Part shown: positions 1-8,606 of the stretch, piece after piece | How the letters are laid out: every line of letters begins with the position of its first letter | How positions within the stretch are numbered: the stretch's first letter is position 1 | Assembly: GCA_021843755.1 (NCBI GenBank) | Contig: JAKBWB010000065.1 | Span: 3,357-67,356 of the forward strand | Length of the DNA: 64,000 nucleotides | Direction: 5' to 3' | DNA from: Pseudomonadota bacterium | GTDB taxonomy: Bacteria > Pseudomonadota > Gammaproteobacteria > Steroidobacterales > Steroidobacteraceae | Translations under genes and position numbers: made by a program | Notes under the pieces: generated by a model | What the model saw: the letters and a program-made list of their open reading frames with translations, nothing else | Database searches by the model: none | What the model was told of the DNA's origin: nothing

Positions 1-1244
1 AACGCCCGGACGATCTGGCGGGCGATCTCCGACCCCTCCCGCTCGTTGGTGGATGCGAACGACTCGTTGAGCAGGATCAGGCTCCCTGGCTTCAATCGGT
101 CCACAAGAGCGCTCATCCGGGACAGCTCCTCGTCGAGCTTGCCCTGGCGCATCGTCGGATCCTCCTCCCGCTTGAAGTGCGTGAACACGCCCTTGCAGAC
201 ACCGGCGCGATATTCCTCGGCCGGGACGAACATGCCGCATTGCATGAGCAACTGGGCGAGGCCCACGCTTCGCAGAAACGTCGTCTTGCCGCCGCGGTTG
301 GCGCCCGTGATCACCACAAGACGCGCCTGACCGGTATCCACGTCATTTCCGACGGCCCGCTCCGCCATGCTCAGACTCAAGGAGGCGTCGTAAAGACCCC
401 GCGCCTGCAGGAGGAACTCTCCGTCCGCGGGTTCCGGCAGACTCAGCGGCTCGCCCTTGCCCGCGAGCCGCTCACGCAGATTCAGGCAGCCGAGGTAGAA
501 AGCGAGTTCGGTCCGCAGCATCTTGAAGAACCCCCGGATGTGCCTCGTCGATACGTCGAGCGCGCCCGCCACGGAAGCGAGGGCCTCGTCGCGCAGAGCC
601 TGAAGCGCCTGAAAGCCCGCCTCGTCGCGATCAGCGAGTTCATAGACGTAGCTGGCAGGCTGGCTTCCCATCAGCTGGTGCATCCAGTCCGTCGCGCGCT
701 CGCGCAGGCTAGGCGTCGGCGTAGAGGACCGGCGGATGAGCAGATCCGTGCCCCGGTTGCCGTCACCCAGCCGCGCGCTGAAGAGCAGTCCGTCTCGGAA
801 CTGCAACCGGCGCAGGTGCTCCTTCATGACGCCAAGGAAGGCATCGTCAAGCTCTCGCGCGAGCATGGCGAACAGTGTCGTGAACCCCTCCGAGCGGAAT
901 GCCGCACTCTGCGCATCGGCAATGCCGCGCAATTGCCCGAGGTGATCCCGGAAAATCTCGAGCACCTGCACGCAGCGACGCACCAGAACCTCGGGGTGAC
1001 GGAAGGTCCACCCCCAGACCTGCCGTTCGCGATCGATGGCGGAAGTCGCAACCGCGTACATTCGTCTGACCACCTCCGGGTGCGAAACACAATCCACGAG
1101 GATGGCCTGGCGATAGCGGATTTCCTCTCGATCGGAGAGACTGGCCGGCACCACCCGCTTCGCCACCTCATGGAGGTACGCGTCGCCGGCCGCCATGGCC
1201 TCGTACAGCACTTCGAGCGCCAGATCGCGAGTCAGATCGGTCAT
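1..1244 (-). CDS. MutS-family (domain V-type) ABC ATPase paralog; 3' end cut by the window edge
   Basis: Missing from the ORF track because it runs off the left edge. My translation of the minus strand from ATG 1244-1242 is stop-free to base 1. It reads MTDLTRDLALEVLYEAMAAGDAYLHEV ... VVITGANRGGKTTFLRSVGLAQLLMQCGMFVPAEE (MutS-type Walker A, encoded about 279-340) ... GSLILLNESFASTNEREGSEIARQIV (Walker B position with Asn instead of Asp). The + strand ORF 177..1253 is its shadow frame. Confidence 0.85.
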   Translation of the reverse strand, partial: MTDLTRDLALEVLYEAMAAGDAYLHEVAKRVVPASLSDREEIRYRQAILVDCVSHPEVVRRMYAVATSAIDRERQVWGWTFRHPEVLVRRCVQVLEIFRDHLGQLRGIADAQSAAFRSEGFTTLFAMLARELDDAFLGVMKEHLRRLQFRDGLLFSARLGDGNRGTDLLIRRSSTPTPSLRERATDWMHQLMGSQPASYVYELADRDEAGFQALQALRDEALASVAGALDVSTRHIRGFFKMLRTELAFYLGCLNLRERLAGKGEPLSLPEPADGEFLLQARGLYDASLSLSMAERAVGNDVDTGQARLVVITGANRGGKTTFLRSVGLAQLLMQCGMFVPAEEYRAGVCKGVFTHFKREEDPTMRQGKLDEELSRMSALVDRLKPGSLILLNESFASTNEREGSEIARQIVRA

Positions 1245-1366
1245 CCTCGGTGATTCCCCGCCCACGGGACTGGCGCGCTCACGGAACGCCGCCGAGGATC
1301 GACTGGTGCGCTCGGGCGGCTCTCCGCTCGGAAATAGGTCGCGATCCCGGTACAACAGATGCGCCT

Positions 1367-2959
1367 TCACGGCTTCAAGCGCTCCTTCACCCGCTCGTAG
1401 GTCAGCCCGTGCTTGCGGGCGATGGCCATCGCGTGAGCCAGCCCCTCGGCCGGCCGCTTCAGAACCTTGAAGGTGCGCTTCGCCGGATCCTGCGGATCGA
1501 CTTGTGCCACGAAACTCGCCGTCTCTTCCGACAGTGAGGCCAACTCGTCCAGAAACGTCACGCAAACACACAGCAGGTCACGTTGCATCACCTGCCGCAA
1601 TACCTGCCTGTTCAGGTACAGCGCATCGCTCACCGTGGTCGCATCGAAACTCTCGTTCATGATGAGCAGGCTCCTTGCGGTCGCCCGCTCGAGCAACACT
1701 CTCATCCGCTCCAGGCTCTCCTCCAGCTTGCCTCTCAATGTCTCGACACGCTCTTCCCGCTCGAAGTGCGTCAGTGTCTGATCGACGCGCGAAAGGTACC
1801 CCTCGCGTCCGGGGATCGGGCAGCCAAGGCTCGCCAGGTAATGCATCTGGCCGATGGCGCGCGCGAAAGTCGTCTTGCCACCCTGGTTCGCCCCTGAGAC
1901 CACCAGAATGCGCTCGGGCTCGTGCAGCTCGAAATCATTGACCACCACCTGTCCACCTTCGGCCACCAACTGACGCGCCAGCGCCAGATCGAACATCTCG
2001 AGGCCGCGGATGGCGTCGGCTCGCTCGCTCACGACCGGGTAGCAGAACCGCAGGCCGGCTTTCTTCAGCGGAGCGAGATACTCGAGCCAGGCGAGAAAGA
2101 ACTGCGCGTCACGGTCGAACGCGACGATCCCCGGATCCGGGAAATCGCAATGGCGCTCGCAGTGGCGCGCCAGGCCGGAAAATATCTCCGGGTATAGCCG
2201 GGAGACTCTCTGCAGGATCGCCTCCTCGACGTGATTCATTTCCGGTCGCGATCGGAAGGTGAACTCCCGTCCCTGCACCTCAGCCTGCCGGAATTTCGCG
2301 AACGTCTCGAGCACCTCGGCTGCGTAATCCCTCTCGCCGGCGTATCGGCTCACCTCGACGCGCTTGCCGTCTATCCGCACGGTGTAAATGATGTCGGCCA
2401 GATCTGTTTGCAGCCTTCCGGTTTCGGCAGACAGAGCTTGGAATGGCTCGGACTGCATGTAGTCATCGAGGTATCGGCGCACCTCGAGCAAGCCACGCGA
2501 GCCTGGATTCGCTTCGGCCATCGCTCGGCTCAGTCCGGTGACTGCCCTGCAGTACTCCCCGATGGCGTCAAGGTGCAGTCGTTGCTTCTGCAGCGGAAAG
2601 TAGAATTTCCGCGACTGCTCGAGCAGAGCGCGTACGCCACGCATCCGTTCTGCGAACGAAGTGACGCAAGTAGCGATCGCCGGGGCCTCAAAATCCCGGA
2701 ACACCGCCTGCCGATATCCAATCGCCTCCACGCTCGGTAACGGGGCCCAGAAGATCGGCGTCAGATCGTATGCCTCGCGTCCCGCTATCACCGCGGCGAC
2801 GATCTGATCGAGGCGCAGGTCCGAAAAGCACTCTGGCTGCAGCCGCTGCTCAATTCCGGGCGCATCAGCCCAGTCCTCGGAAAGAATACTGTGGAGCGGC
2901 CCCTTTGCGAGCTTCCGACGGGGCAAACCCCCTACCTGAGCATCGTTCACGGCAAGCAC
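1367..2959 (-). CDS. MutS-family (domain V-type) ABC ATPase paralog with no mismatch-binding or Smr domain
   Basis: 530-aa ORF. Walker A is VVSGANQGGKTTFARAIGQMHYLASLGCPIPG. The Walker B-like segment is SLLIMNESFDATT. A TFLDELA segment follows. The roughly 330-aa helical N-terminal region lacks the canonical MutS domain I GxFYE motif. It lies directly upstream of, and on the same strand as, the paralog at 1..1244. Confidence 0.85.
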   Translation of the reverse strand: MLAVNDAQVGGLPRRKLAKGPLHSILSEDWADAPGIEQRLQPECFSDLRLDQIVAAVIAGREAYDLTPIFWAPLPSVEAIGYRQAVFRDFEAPAIATCVTSFAERMRGVRALLEQSRKFYFPLQKQRLHLDAIGEYCRAVTGLSRAMAEANPGSRGLLEVRRYLDDYMQSEPFQALSAETGRLQTDLADIIYTVRIDGKRVEVSRYAGERDYAAEVLETFAKFRQAEVQGREFTFRSRPEMNHVEEAILQRVSRLYPEIFSGLARHCERHCDFPDPGIVAFDRDAQFFLAWLEYLAPLKKAGLRFCYPVVSERADAIRGLEMFDLALARQLVAEGGQVVVNDFELHEPERILVVSGANQGGKTTFARAIGQMHYLASLGCPIPGREGYLSRVDQTLTHFEREERVETLRGKLEESLERMRVLLERATARSLLIMNESFDATTVSDALYLNRQVLRQVMQRDLLCVCVTFLDELASLSEETASFVAQVDPQDPAKRTFKVLKRPAEGLAHAMAIARKHGLTYERVKERLKP

Positions 2960-3119
2960 CGCTGCGCGACAGTTCGTACCAAAATCCGCAGTCGTGAGGG
3001 GGGCCTGCCGTGTTGCGCGGACGGTCTACCGCTCACCTGACGGTGGGGTAGGCATCATCAGCCCTGTGGCAGTTCGGGGAGGAATGCCATCTCCGTGCGG
3101 CAAATCGTACACTGCTGCC

Positions 3120-5150
3120 ATGTTTAGCTCAACTCACCGGGGCTATCTGCTCGCACGCTTCCGTCACATCGAAGAGCTGCTCGGCGAGGCGGTCGCAGCG
3201 CTCGAGCCTGGGGAAGACGTCCGTCTCTTCAGACGCGTCACTCCCGATGCCACCTCGACTCAACGCCGGATCCTCACCGACTACCTGGGTCAGATCCGTT
3301 ATGCCCTCAGGCGTTTCATGGAGGCACAACAGCTCGAAGACACCGCCTCCCCGGTGAGCGGCCTGTGGTCTGTGCGCACGGCGGTGATCTTTGCCCAGAC
3401 GGCCGTGGCGGAGCTGCGGCCCGTCTACCTTCGCGGATACGGCCAGCTCGACTCCGAGGCCATGGCCGCCTGCGAACGGCTGGTCGCGGAGCTGACGACG
3501 CTGCTGAAGCGGGTCTCCGACTACCTGGACAAGGGAACCGAGGGAGATCTCGCCGCCCGTCTCGCCCGCCTGGATGCGGCGCGAACGGATGTCGCTGCGC
3601 TGCGCGAGCTCGATCGCATCATCATGGCGCACGGCATCGTGGAGCTTCGTGCCCCGCTCGAGGAGCTGATCGAGCGTGCCGCCAACCCGCGTTATGAAGT
3701 GGCCGTGTTCGGGCGGGTCAGCGTCGGCAAATCGACGCTCATCAACTGGTGGCTGGGCGGAGCCGTGTTGCCGACCGGCGTCACTCCCGTCACGGCCGTC
3801 CCCACGCGCATCGTGCACGGAGAGATCTCCGCGGCACATGTGCAAGTGGCCTCATCCGGCCCGGAAGTCGTGCCGCTCGATCGAATCGCCTCGTACATCA
3901 CGGAAGCCGGCAATCCGGGCAATTCCAAACGCGTGCTCGGTGTCACGATCGAGATTCCGAGCGAACGACTGGCCGAGGGTATCCGCCTGGTGGATACCCC
4001 CGGACTCGGCTCGCTCGCCACGGCGGGCGCCATCCAGACGCTCGAGTACCTGCCCCGCTGTGACCTGGCGCTTCAATTGATCGAGGCAGGAGGGGCGGTT
4101 GGGCGCGAAGAAATCGACCTCGCGCGCGCGGTGCTCGACGGCGGCAGCGAGTTGCTCATCACTCTCAGCAAAGCGGACCGTCTGACCGCACCCGAGCTGG
4201 CCGAAGCCCATGCCTATGTGGCGCGGCTATTCGCGACTGCGCTCGGCGTGGCGGTTCCCGTTCACACCGTGAGCACCGTCGGCTCATCGGCCGCGCTTGC
4301 GCAGGAGTGGTTCGACCGGGAACTGGCGCCGCGCTTGGCGGATCATCGGGCTCGGGCGGACGCCCAACTGCGGCGCAAGATCGAGGTGTTGCGGGAGAAA
4401 GTGAGCGCGGCGCTCGAGGCCCGGATACGTTCCACTCCGCGCCCGGCAGCACGGCGGGCCAGCGGCGGCCCGGCAGGAGAGATGGCCGAGCACGGCTCGC
4501 GGGCCCGCCTCCAGCTCGAGCGCGCCCGCTCCGAGCTGCGGCAGATGTGTCTGCGGGTCCGCGAGGTCAGTTCCTGGATCCTGGAGAGCGCCGCCGATAC
4601 CCTGGCCCGCTGCTGGGCCGATCCCACGGTGGAGGAGCGCGGTATCGCCGGCCAGGTCGGACAGACACTCGTCCTCCGTGCGCTCGAGATCGGTGAGGCG
4701 ATCGCCGAGTGCCTCGCACGCTGCCGCGACGATATCAACGGTGCGTTGAACTGTGTGACTCCGCCTGCGAGCGCCTCCCGGCTGGATGAAGAATGGCCGC
4801 CTCGCGGCCGTCCCATCTTTGACAGCACCGGCCTCTTCGAGCGCATACCGTCGAAGAAACCGTGGTGGGCACCGAAGTTGCAGAGACTCCTGCGCCACGT
4901 GGCCAGACAACGCCTCGGTGCCGGCACGCAAACCCTCATCGAAGGGCGCCTGAGCGTCTACTCGGAGGCACTTTGGATCTGGGGCAGCAGTTATCTCGAG
5001 CAGCTGGGCCGACGGCTCGACGAGGCTCTGGCTGCCGATGAGAGCCGCGCCCGACTTGGCGGGGCCGCACCGCTGGCGCCCGAGGCGGCCGCTGCGGCGC
5101 GGCGGGACCTTGACCTCCTGACCTCGGGATTCGATCTACGGAAGGACTGA
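3120..5150 (+). CDS. bacterial dynamin-like GTPase (BDLP/LeoA-type), copy 1
   Basis: ORF 2994..5150. G1 is FGRVSVGKSTLINWWLG. The G2 region is PTGVTPVTAVPTRI. G3 is LVDTPGLGS. G4 is TLSKADRL. A long Ala/Arg/Glu-rich helical stalk follows. Start is uncertain: in-frame starts at 2994, 3084 and 3120. I chose 3120 (MFSSTHRGYL) to leave a promoter gap to the divergent gene ending at 2959. Confidence 0.8.
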   Translation: MFSSTHRGYLLARFRHIEELLGEAVAALEPGEDVRLFRRVTPDATSTQRRILTDYLGQIRYALRRFMEAQQLEDTASPVSGLWSVRTAVIFAQTAVAELRPVYLRGYGQLDSEAMAACERLVAELTTLLKRVSDYLDKGTEGDLAARLARLDAARTDVAALRELDRIIMAHGIVELRAPLEELIERAANPRYEVAVFGRVSVGKSTLINWWLGGAVLPTGVTPVTAVPTRIVHGEISAAHVQVASSGPEVVPLDRIASYITEAGNPGNSKRVLGVTIEIPSERLAEGIRLVDTPGLGSLATAGAIQTLEYLPRCDLALQLIEAGGAVGREEIDLARAVLDGGSELLITLSKADRLTAPELAEAHAYVARLFATALGVAVPVHTVSTVGSSAALAQEWFDRELAPRLADHRARADAQLRRKIEVLREKVSAALEARIRSTPRPAARRASGGPAGEMAEHGSRARLQLERARSELRQMCLRVREVSSWILESAADTLARCWADPTVEERGIAGQVGQTLVLRALEIGEAIAECLARCRDDINGALNCVTPPASASRLDEEWPPRGRPIFDSTGLFERIPSKKPWWAPKLQRLLRHVARQRLGAGTQTLIEGRLSVYSEALWIWGSSYLEQLGRRLDEALAADESRARLGGAAPLAPEAAAAARRDLDLLTSGFDLRKD

Positions 5151-6527
5151 CCGTGCTCGTGCCGCCGAAGCGATCAACGCGCAGGCGTGCCACCAGAGTC
5201 TCAGCCGCGGCGCGACACCGTGCAGTGGCGCTCCGCAGTGCCAGGCGGCTTCCTTCAGCGCCGGAAGCGCCGAATCAACGTTCTCGCGCACGGCTTCGGT
5301 GGCCAGCTTCCTGACTTGCCGATCCTCGTCAGCGAGCAACCGTGTGGTCACACCGGGATCGAGCATCCCACGCCGGCGCATCGCCTGCAGCGCCCGCAGT
5401 CTTACGGCTGGGTCATGGTCGCCCAGAAAGAGCGCGATGGAGTCCGCGTCCGCCGAAGGGATTCGCGCCAGGGCGCGCACCGCCGCCAGGCGCAAGCTCG
5501 GTTCCACCGATTCGCGCAACTGGCGCAGGCGCCCGATAGCCCTCGCGGAACCGAGTCTGCCCAGGGTTTCCACTGTCCGAAGTCGGCGCCTACGATCCCA
5601 AGCGTCGCGGGGTCTCAGCCCGAGCATCGCCACAAGCATGCGCTCGGCCGCGGGTCCGATGCACACCAGCGCGACAATGATCTCTTCCGCGCGCGCCCAA
5701 TTCTCCTCATCCAGCCCGACGGCGAGGGTACCGACCGCGTCCTCCGCCGCTCGCGCACCGCAATGCGCCAACGCCATCGCCGCCTCGATGCGCACTGCGC
5801 GCTGTTTGTCATTCAACGCCTTAATGAGCGCCTGTACTGCGATGGAGCCGCCGTGATCGGTGCGACACGACTCGCCGAGCAACCGCGCGCTCGCCACCCG
5901 GGCATCGATGTGGCTGGGCGGCTCGGGCCCATCCCTTTTCACGCGTGCTTCCCGCAAAGCCTGAGTCAGCGGCGCTGTCGCCGCCTCTCCGAACCGGCGC
6001 AGCGCACTCACGGCGACCGGACGCGCGGCGTCTTCATACAGGCATTCGATCAACAGAGGAATCGCCCGCGGCTCTCTGGTCAGACCTAGAGCCGCCGCGC
6101 AGCCGGGATACCGCCGGTGCCGCAAGGCGGTCACCAGCGCCTCGGTCACGTCCGGACCAGGGAAACGACTAAGGTGCTCGGCAATGTGATTCACGAGGAC
6201 ACTCTCGGCTTCGAGCAACGAGGGTTCCAGCTCGCGCGAAACCGAGTCCAGGAGCGAGCGAATCAAGGCGGCGACAGCCTCTGAGCTGCCGATCGCAGCG
6301 AGCGCACGGGCGGCAAGGCTGCGGGAATGATAAATGGCATCGGGAGCACCGCGCAGGAGGCGCTCGAGAGGCGCAACGGCGGCATCCCCCAGATGTATGA
6401 CCTCGTGAAGGATCAGGGGACCTTCGTGCAAGTTACGCAATCGCTCGACGAGCGACTCCGCCCGAGAGGACGCGTCCCGGTTCTCGGGCTTCACCTGGAT
6501 ACTCTTTAACATACACCACCCGCTCAT
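5136..6527 (-). CDS. HEAT-repeat (PBS-lyase-like) protein
   Basis: 463-aa ORF made of repeated ~30-aa units of the type (D/E)xxVRxxAAxALGxxGxxxAvxxLxxxL. Examples are SLAARALAAIGSSEAVAALIRSL, AVRIEAAMALAHCGARAAEDAV, SLRLAAVRALARIPSADA and AVRLRALQAMRRRG. Alternative start at 6512 (MLKSIQ). The 3' end overlaps the convergent dynamin-like gene by 15 bp. Confidence 0.75.
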   Translation of the reverse strand: MSGWCMLKSIQVKPENRDASSRAESLVERLRNLHEGPLILHEVIHLGDAAVAPLERLLRGAPDAIYHSRSLAARALAAIGSSEAVAALIRSLLDSVSRELEPSLLEAESVLVNHIAEHLSRFPGPDVTEALVTALRHRRYPGCAAALGLTREPRAIPLLIECLYEDAARPVAVSALRRFGEAATAPLTQALREARVKRDGPEPPSHIDARVASARLLGESCRTDHGGSIAVQALIKALNDKQRAVRIEAAMALAHCGARAAEDAVGTLAVGLDEENWARAEEIIVALVCIGPAAERMLVAMLGLRPRDAWDRRRRLRTVETLGRLGSARAIGRLRQLRESVEPSLRLAAVRALARIPSADADSIALFLGDHDPAVRLRALQAMRRRGMLDPGVTTRLLADEDRQVRKLATEAVRENVDSALPALKEAAWHCGAPLHGVAPRLRLWWHACALIASAARARSVLP

Positions 6528-6806
6528 CGGCGCGCTTGCAGTGTGCGCCGCTACGCAGGGGTCATCAGCTCACGGGAGCGGTTGCAGGGAACCCCATCCC
6601 CGGAAGAAACACGCAACCAAGGTAGTCCAGGCGAATCCGCCGGTCAATTCCCCCCCCTCTGTCCGCCCATGCGTAGAGCCCCGATTGACGCCCTCGGGGC
6701 TCCTCATTACGATGATCGCAAGCCTATCGGGGATGGAGTCCCCCGCGAACGGTCTGCATACCTGATGACTCCTGCCACGTCGCGTTAGCGTACGGGGAGG
6801 AGTTTC

Positions 6807-8606
6807 GTGATGAGCAGTCCGAGCGTGCTGAATCCGGCACAAATTGAAAGTACTCCCGAGCCTCGGGTGGAGCTCGCGCAGTGCCTGAACGACGCGACGG
6901 GTCTCCAGGGAATCGATTCCGCGACCTGCGGATGGCTGCGGGAAAAGCTCTCGGAAGAGTTCTTCAACCTGGTCGCCGTGGGCCAATTCAAGCGCGGCAA
7001 GAGCACGATCATCAACGCGCTGCTCGGCGAGGCACTCCTGCCCGTTGGGGTCGTACCCCTGACATCTGTCGTCACCGTCATCCGCTCCGGGCCCCGGACC
7101 TCGGCGCGCGTAACGCTGCGTGACGGGCGGACACTCCCCATTGAGATCGACGCGCTGGCCGAATACGTCACCGAGCGCGGCAACCCCGGGAATGCCAAGT
7201 CGGTCGAACGCGTTGACATCGAGCATCCCTCCTCTTGGCTTGCCAACGGAGTGAGGCTGGTCGATACGCCCGGCATCGCCTCCATCTATGAACACAACAC
7301 GGACGAAACCCACAGGTTTCTCCCGCAAGCGGATGCCGTCCTGCTCATCGCTTCCGTCGACCAGCCCGTCAGCCGTGCGGAGCTCGACTTTCTGAGTGAT
7401 CTGCGCCGCTATGCCGGCAAGACTATCTGTCTGCTCAACAAGACGGACCACCTGCTTCCCGAGGAATTGCACGAGACCATGGCGTTCGCCGTCGGCGCCA
7501 TCCGCGACGCGCTGGGGCCGGATATTCCGGTATTTGCGGTCTCGGGGAAGCTGGCGCTGGAGGGCAGGCTCCGCGGCGAGGCGGAACTTCTCGAGCGCAG
7601 CGGATTCCCGGAGTTCGAGGGGATGCTGCGCCGCTTCATGGCGCGGGAAAAGACCGCCGCCTGGCTGCGGTCGATCGCCCGCAGCCTCGCGCGGCTGCTC
7701 GCCGAAAGACGCTTTGCGCTCGACCTCGAGTCGAAGGTGCTGGTCGAGCCGCTCGAGCGCATCGAGGCCAATCTTGCCCTGTTCCGCGAGGAGAAGGAAA
7801 AAGCCGAGCGGGCACGCCAGGACTACCGCGTATTGCTCGAAGCCGACGCCCGGGCGCTGCTCAAGGAGCACATCGAGCCCGGCCTCGAGGACTTCAAGCG
7901 GAGCGAACAAACCCGGATCTGCGCCGCTATCACCCGCTGGACGGTGGAGCTGCGGCAACTTCCCCCGCACAAGCTCCAGGCGGCGATCGAGGCGCGGATG
8001 ATCACCGCGATTCGAACCGCATACGAGGACTGGCTGGCGCAGCAGGACGTGGAACTGTCACGCGCCTTCCAGCGGCTGTGCGCCCGTTTCTGGGCGAGTC
8101 TGCAGCAGAGCGTCGATGAACTCTTGCGCCGATCGAGCGAGCTGTTCGCCCTGACTTTCGAGCGCACCGACACCGAGCCGCACTGGTCCACTGAGTCCGG
8201 GTTCTACTACAAATTCTGGTACGAACCGACGAGCCTGAGGATCCTCTCGACCTCCGTGGTGCTGATGCTGCCCCGTGTCCTTGCCGCGCCCCTCATCGCA
8301 GGCCGAGCCAAGACCGCTGCCGTGGAACGCGTTGAAGTACAGGCCGGCCGCATCCGCCACGACCTCGAAGAGCGGCTGAAAAAGAGCATCCGGGACGCTC
8401 AAAACCGGATGCTCGAACAGATCGCAGCCACGGTCGCCGGCATCGAAGCGGCGATCGAGAACGGCATCTCGATGCGTAGACTCAGCTCCGCGGAGGTGAG
8501 TGCGCGTAGCGGCGAAATCGAGGACACGCTGCAGAGGATCGCCGAGCTCTCCGGGTGCCTGACCCGAATCCTGTCTAATCTCTGGCCAGATGACGGGTCT
8601 CGTTGA
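6807..8606 (+). CDS. bacterial dynamin-like GTPase (BDLP/LeoA-type), copy 2
   Basis: 599-aa ORF. G1 is VGQFKRGKSTIINALLG. The G2 region is VVPLTSVVTVI. G3 is LVDTPGIASIYE. G4 is LLNKTDHL. The helical stalk contains one hydrophobic segment (LRILSTSVVLMLPRVLAAPLIAG) that could be a membrane paddle. GGAGGAG lies just upstream of the GTG-ATG at 6807/6810. Confidence 0.85.
   Translation: MMSSPSVLNPAQIESTPEPRVELAQCLNDATGLQGIDSATCGWLREKLSEEFFNLVAVGQFKRGKSTIINALLGEALLPVGVVPLTSVVTVIRSGPRTSARVTLRDGRTLPIEIDALAEYVTERGNPGNAKSVERVDIEHPSSWLANGVRLVDTPGIASIYEHNTDETHRFLPQADAVLLIASVDQPVSRAELDFLSDLRRYAGKTICLLNKTDHLLPEELHETMAFAVGAIRDALGPDIPVFAVSGKLALEGRLRGEAELLERSGFPEFEGMLRRFMAREKTAAWLRSIARSLARLLAERRFALDLESKVLVEPLERIEANLALFREEKEKAERARQDYRVLLEADARALLKEHIEPGLEDFKRSEQTRICAAITRWTVELRQLPPHKLQAAIEARMITAIRTAYEDWLAQQDVELSRAFQRLCARFWASLQQSVDELLRRSSELFALTFERTDTEPHWSTESGFYYKFWYEPTSLRILSTSVVLMLPRVLAAPLIAGRAKTAAVERVEVQAGRIRHDLEERLKKSIRDAQNRMLEQIAATVAGIEAAIENGISMRRLSSAEVSARSGEIEDTLQRIAELSGCLTRILSNLWPDDGSR

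Noticed and set aside
177-1253. 358-aa + strand ORF at the left edge
   Set aside because: It is the antisense shadow of the MutS-like gene that I translated on the minus strand (1..1244). That gene has clear Walker A/B motifs. The + frame product is Arg/Ala/Pro-rich with no motifs.
1-2959. Calling the two ATPases the canonical mismatch-repair MutS or MutS2
   Set aside because: They are too short (530 aa for the complete copy). They have no domain I mismatch-binding motif and no Smr domain. They have the NESF variant at Walker B, occur as a paralog pair, and have no mutL nearby.
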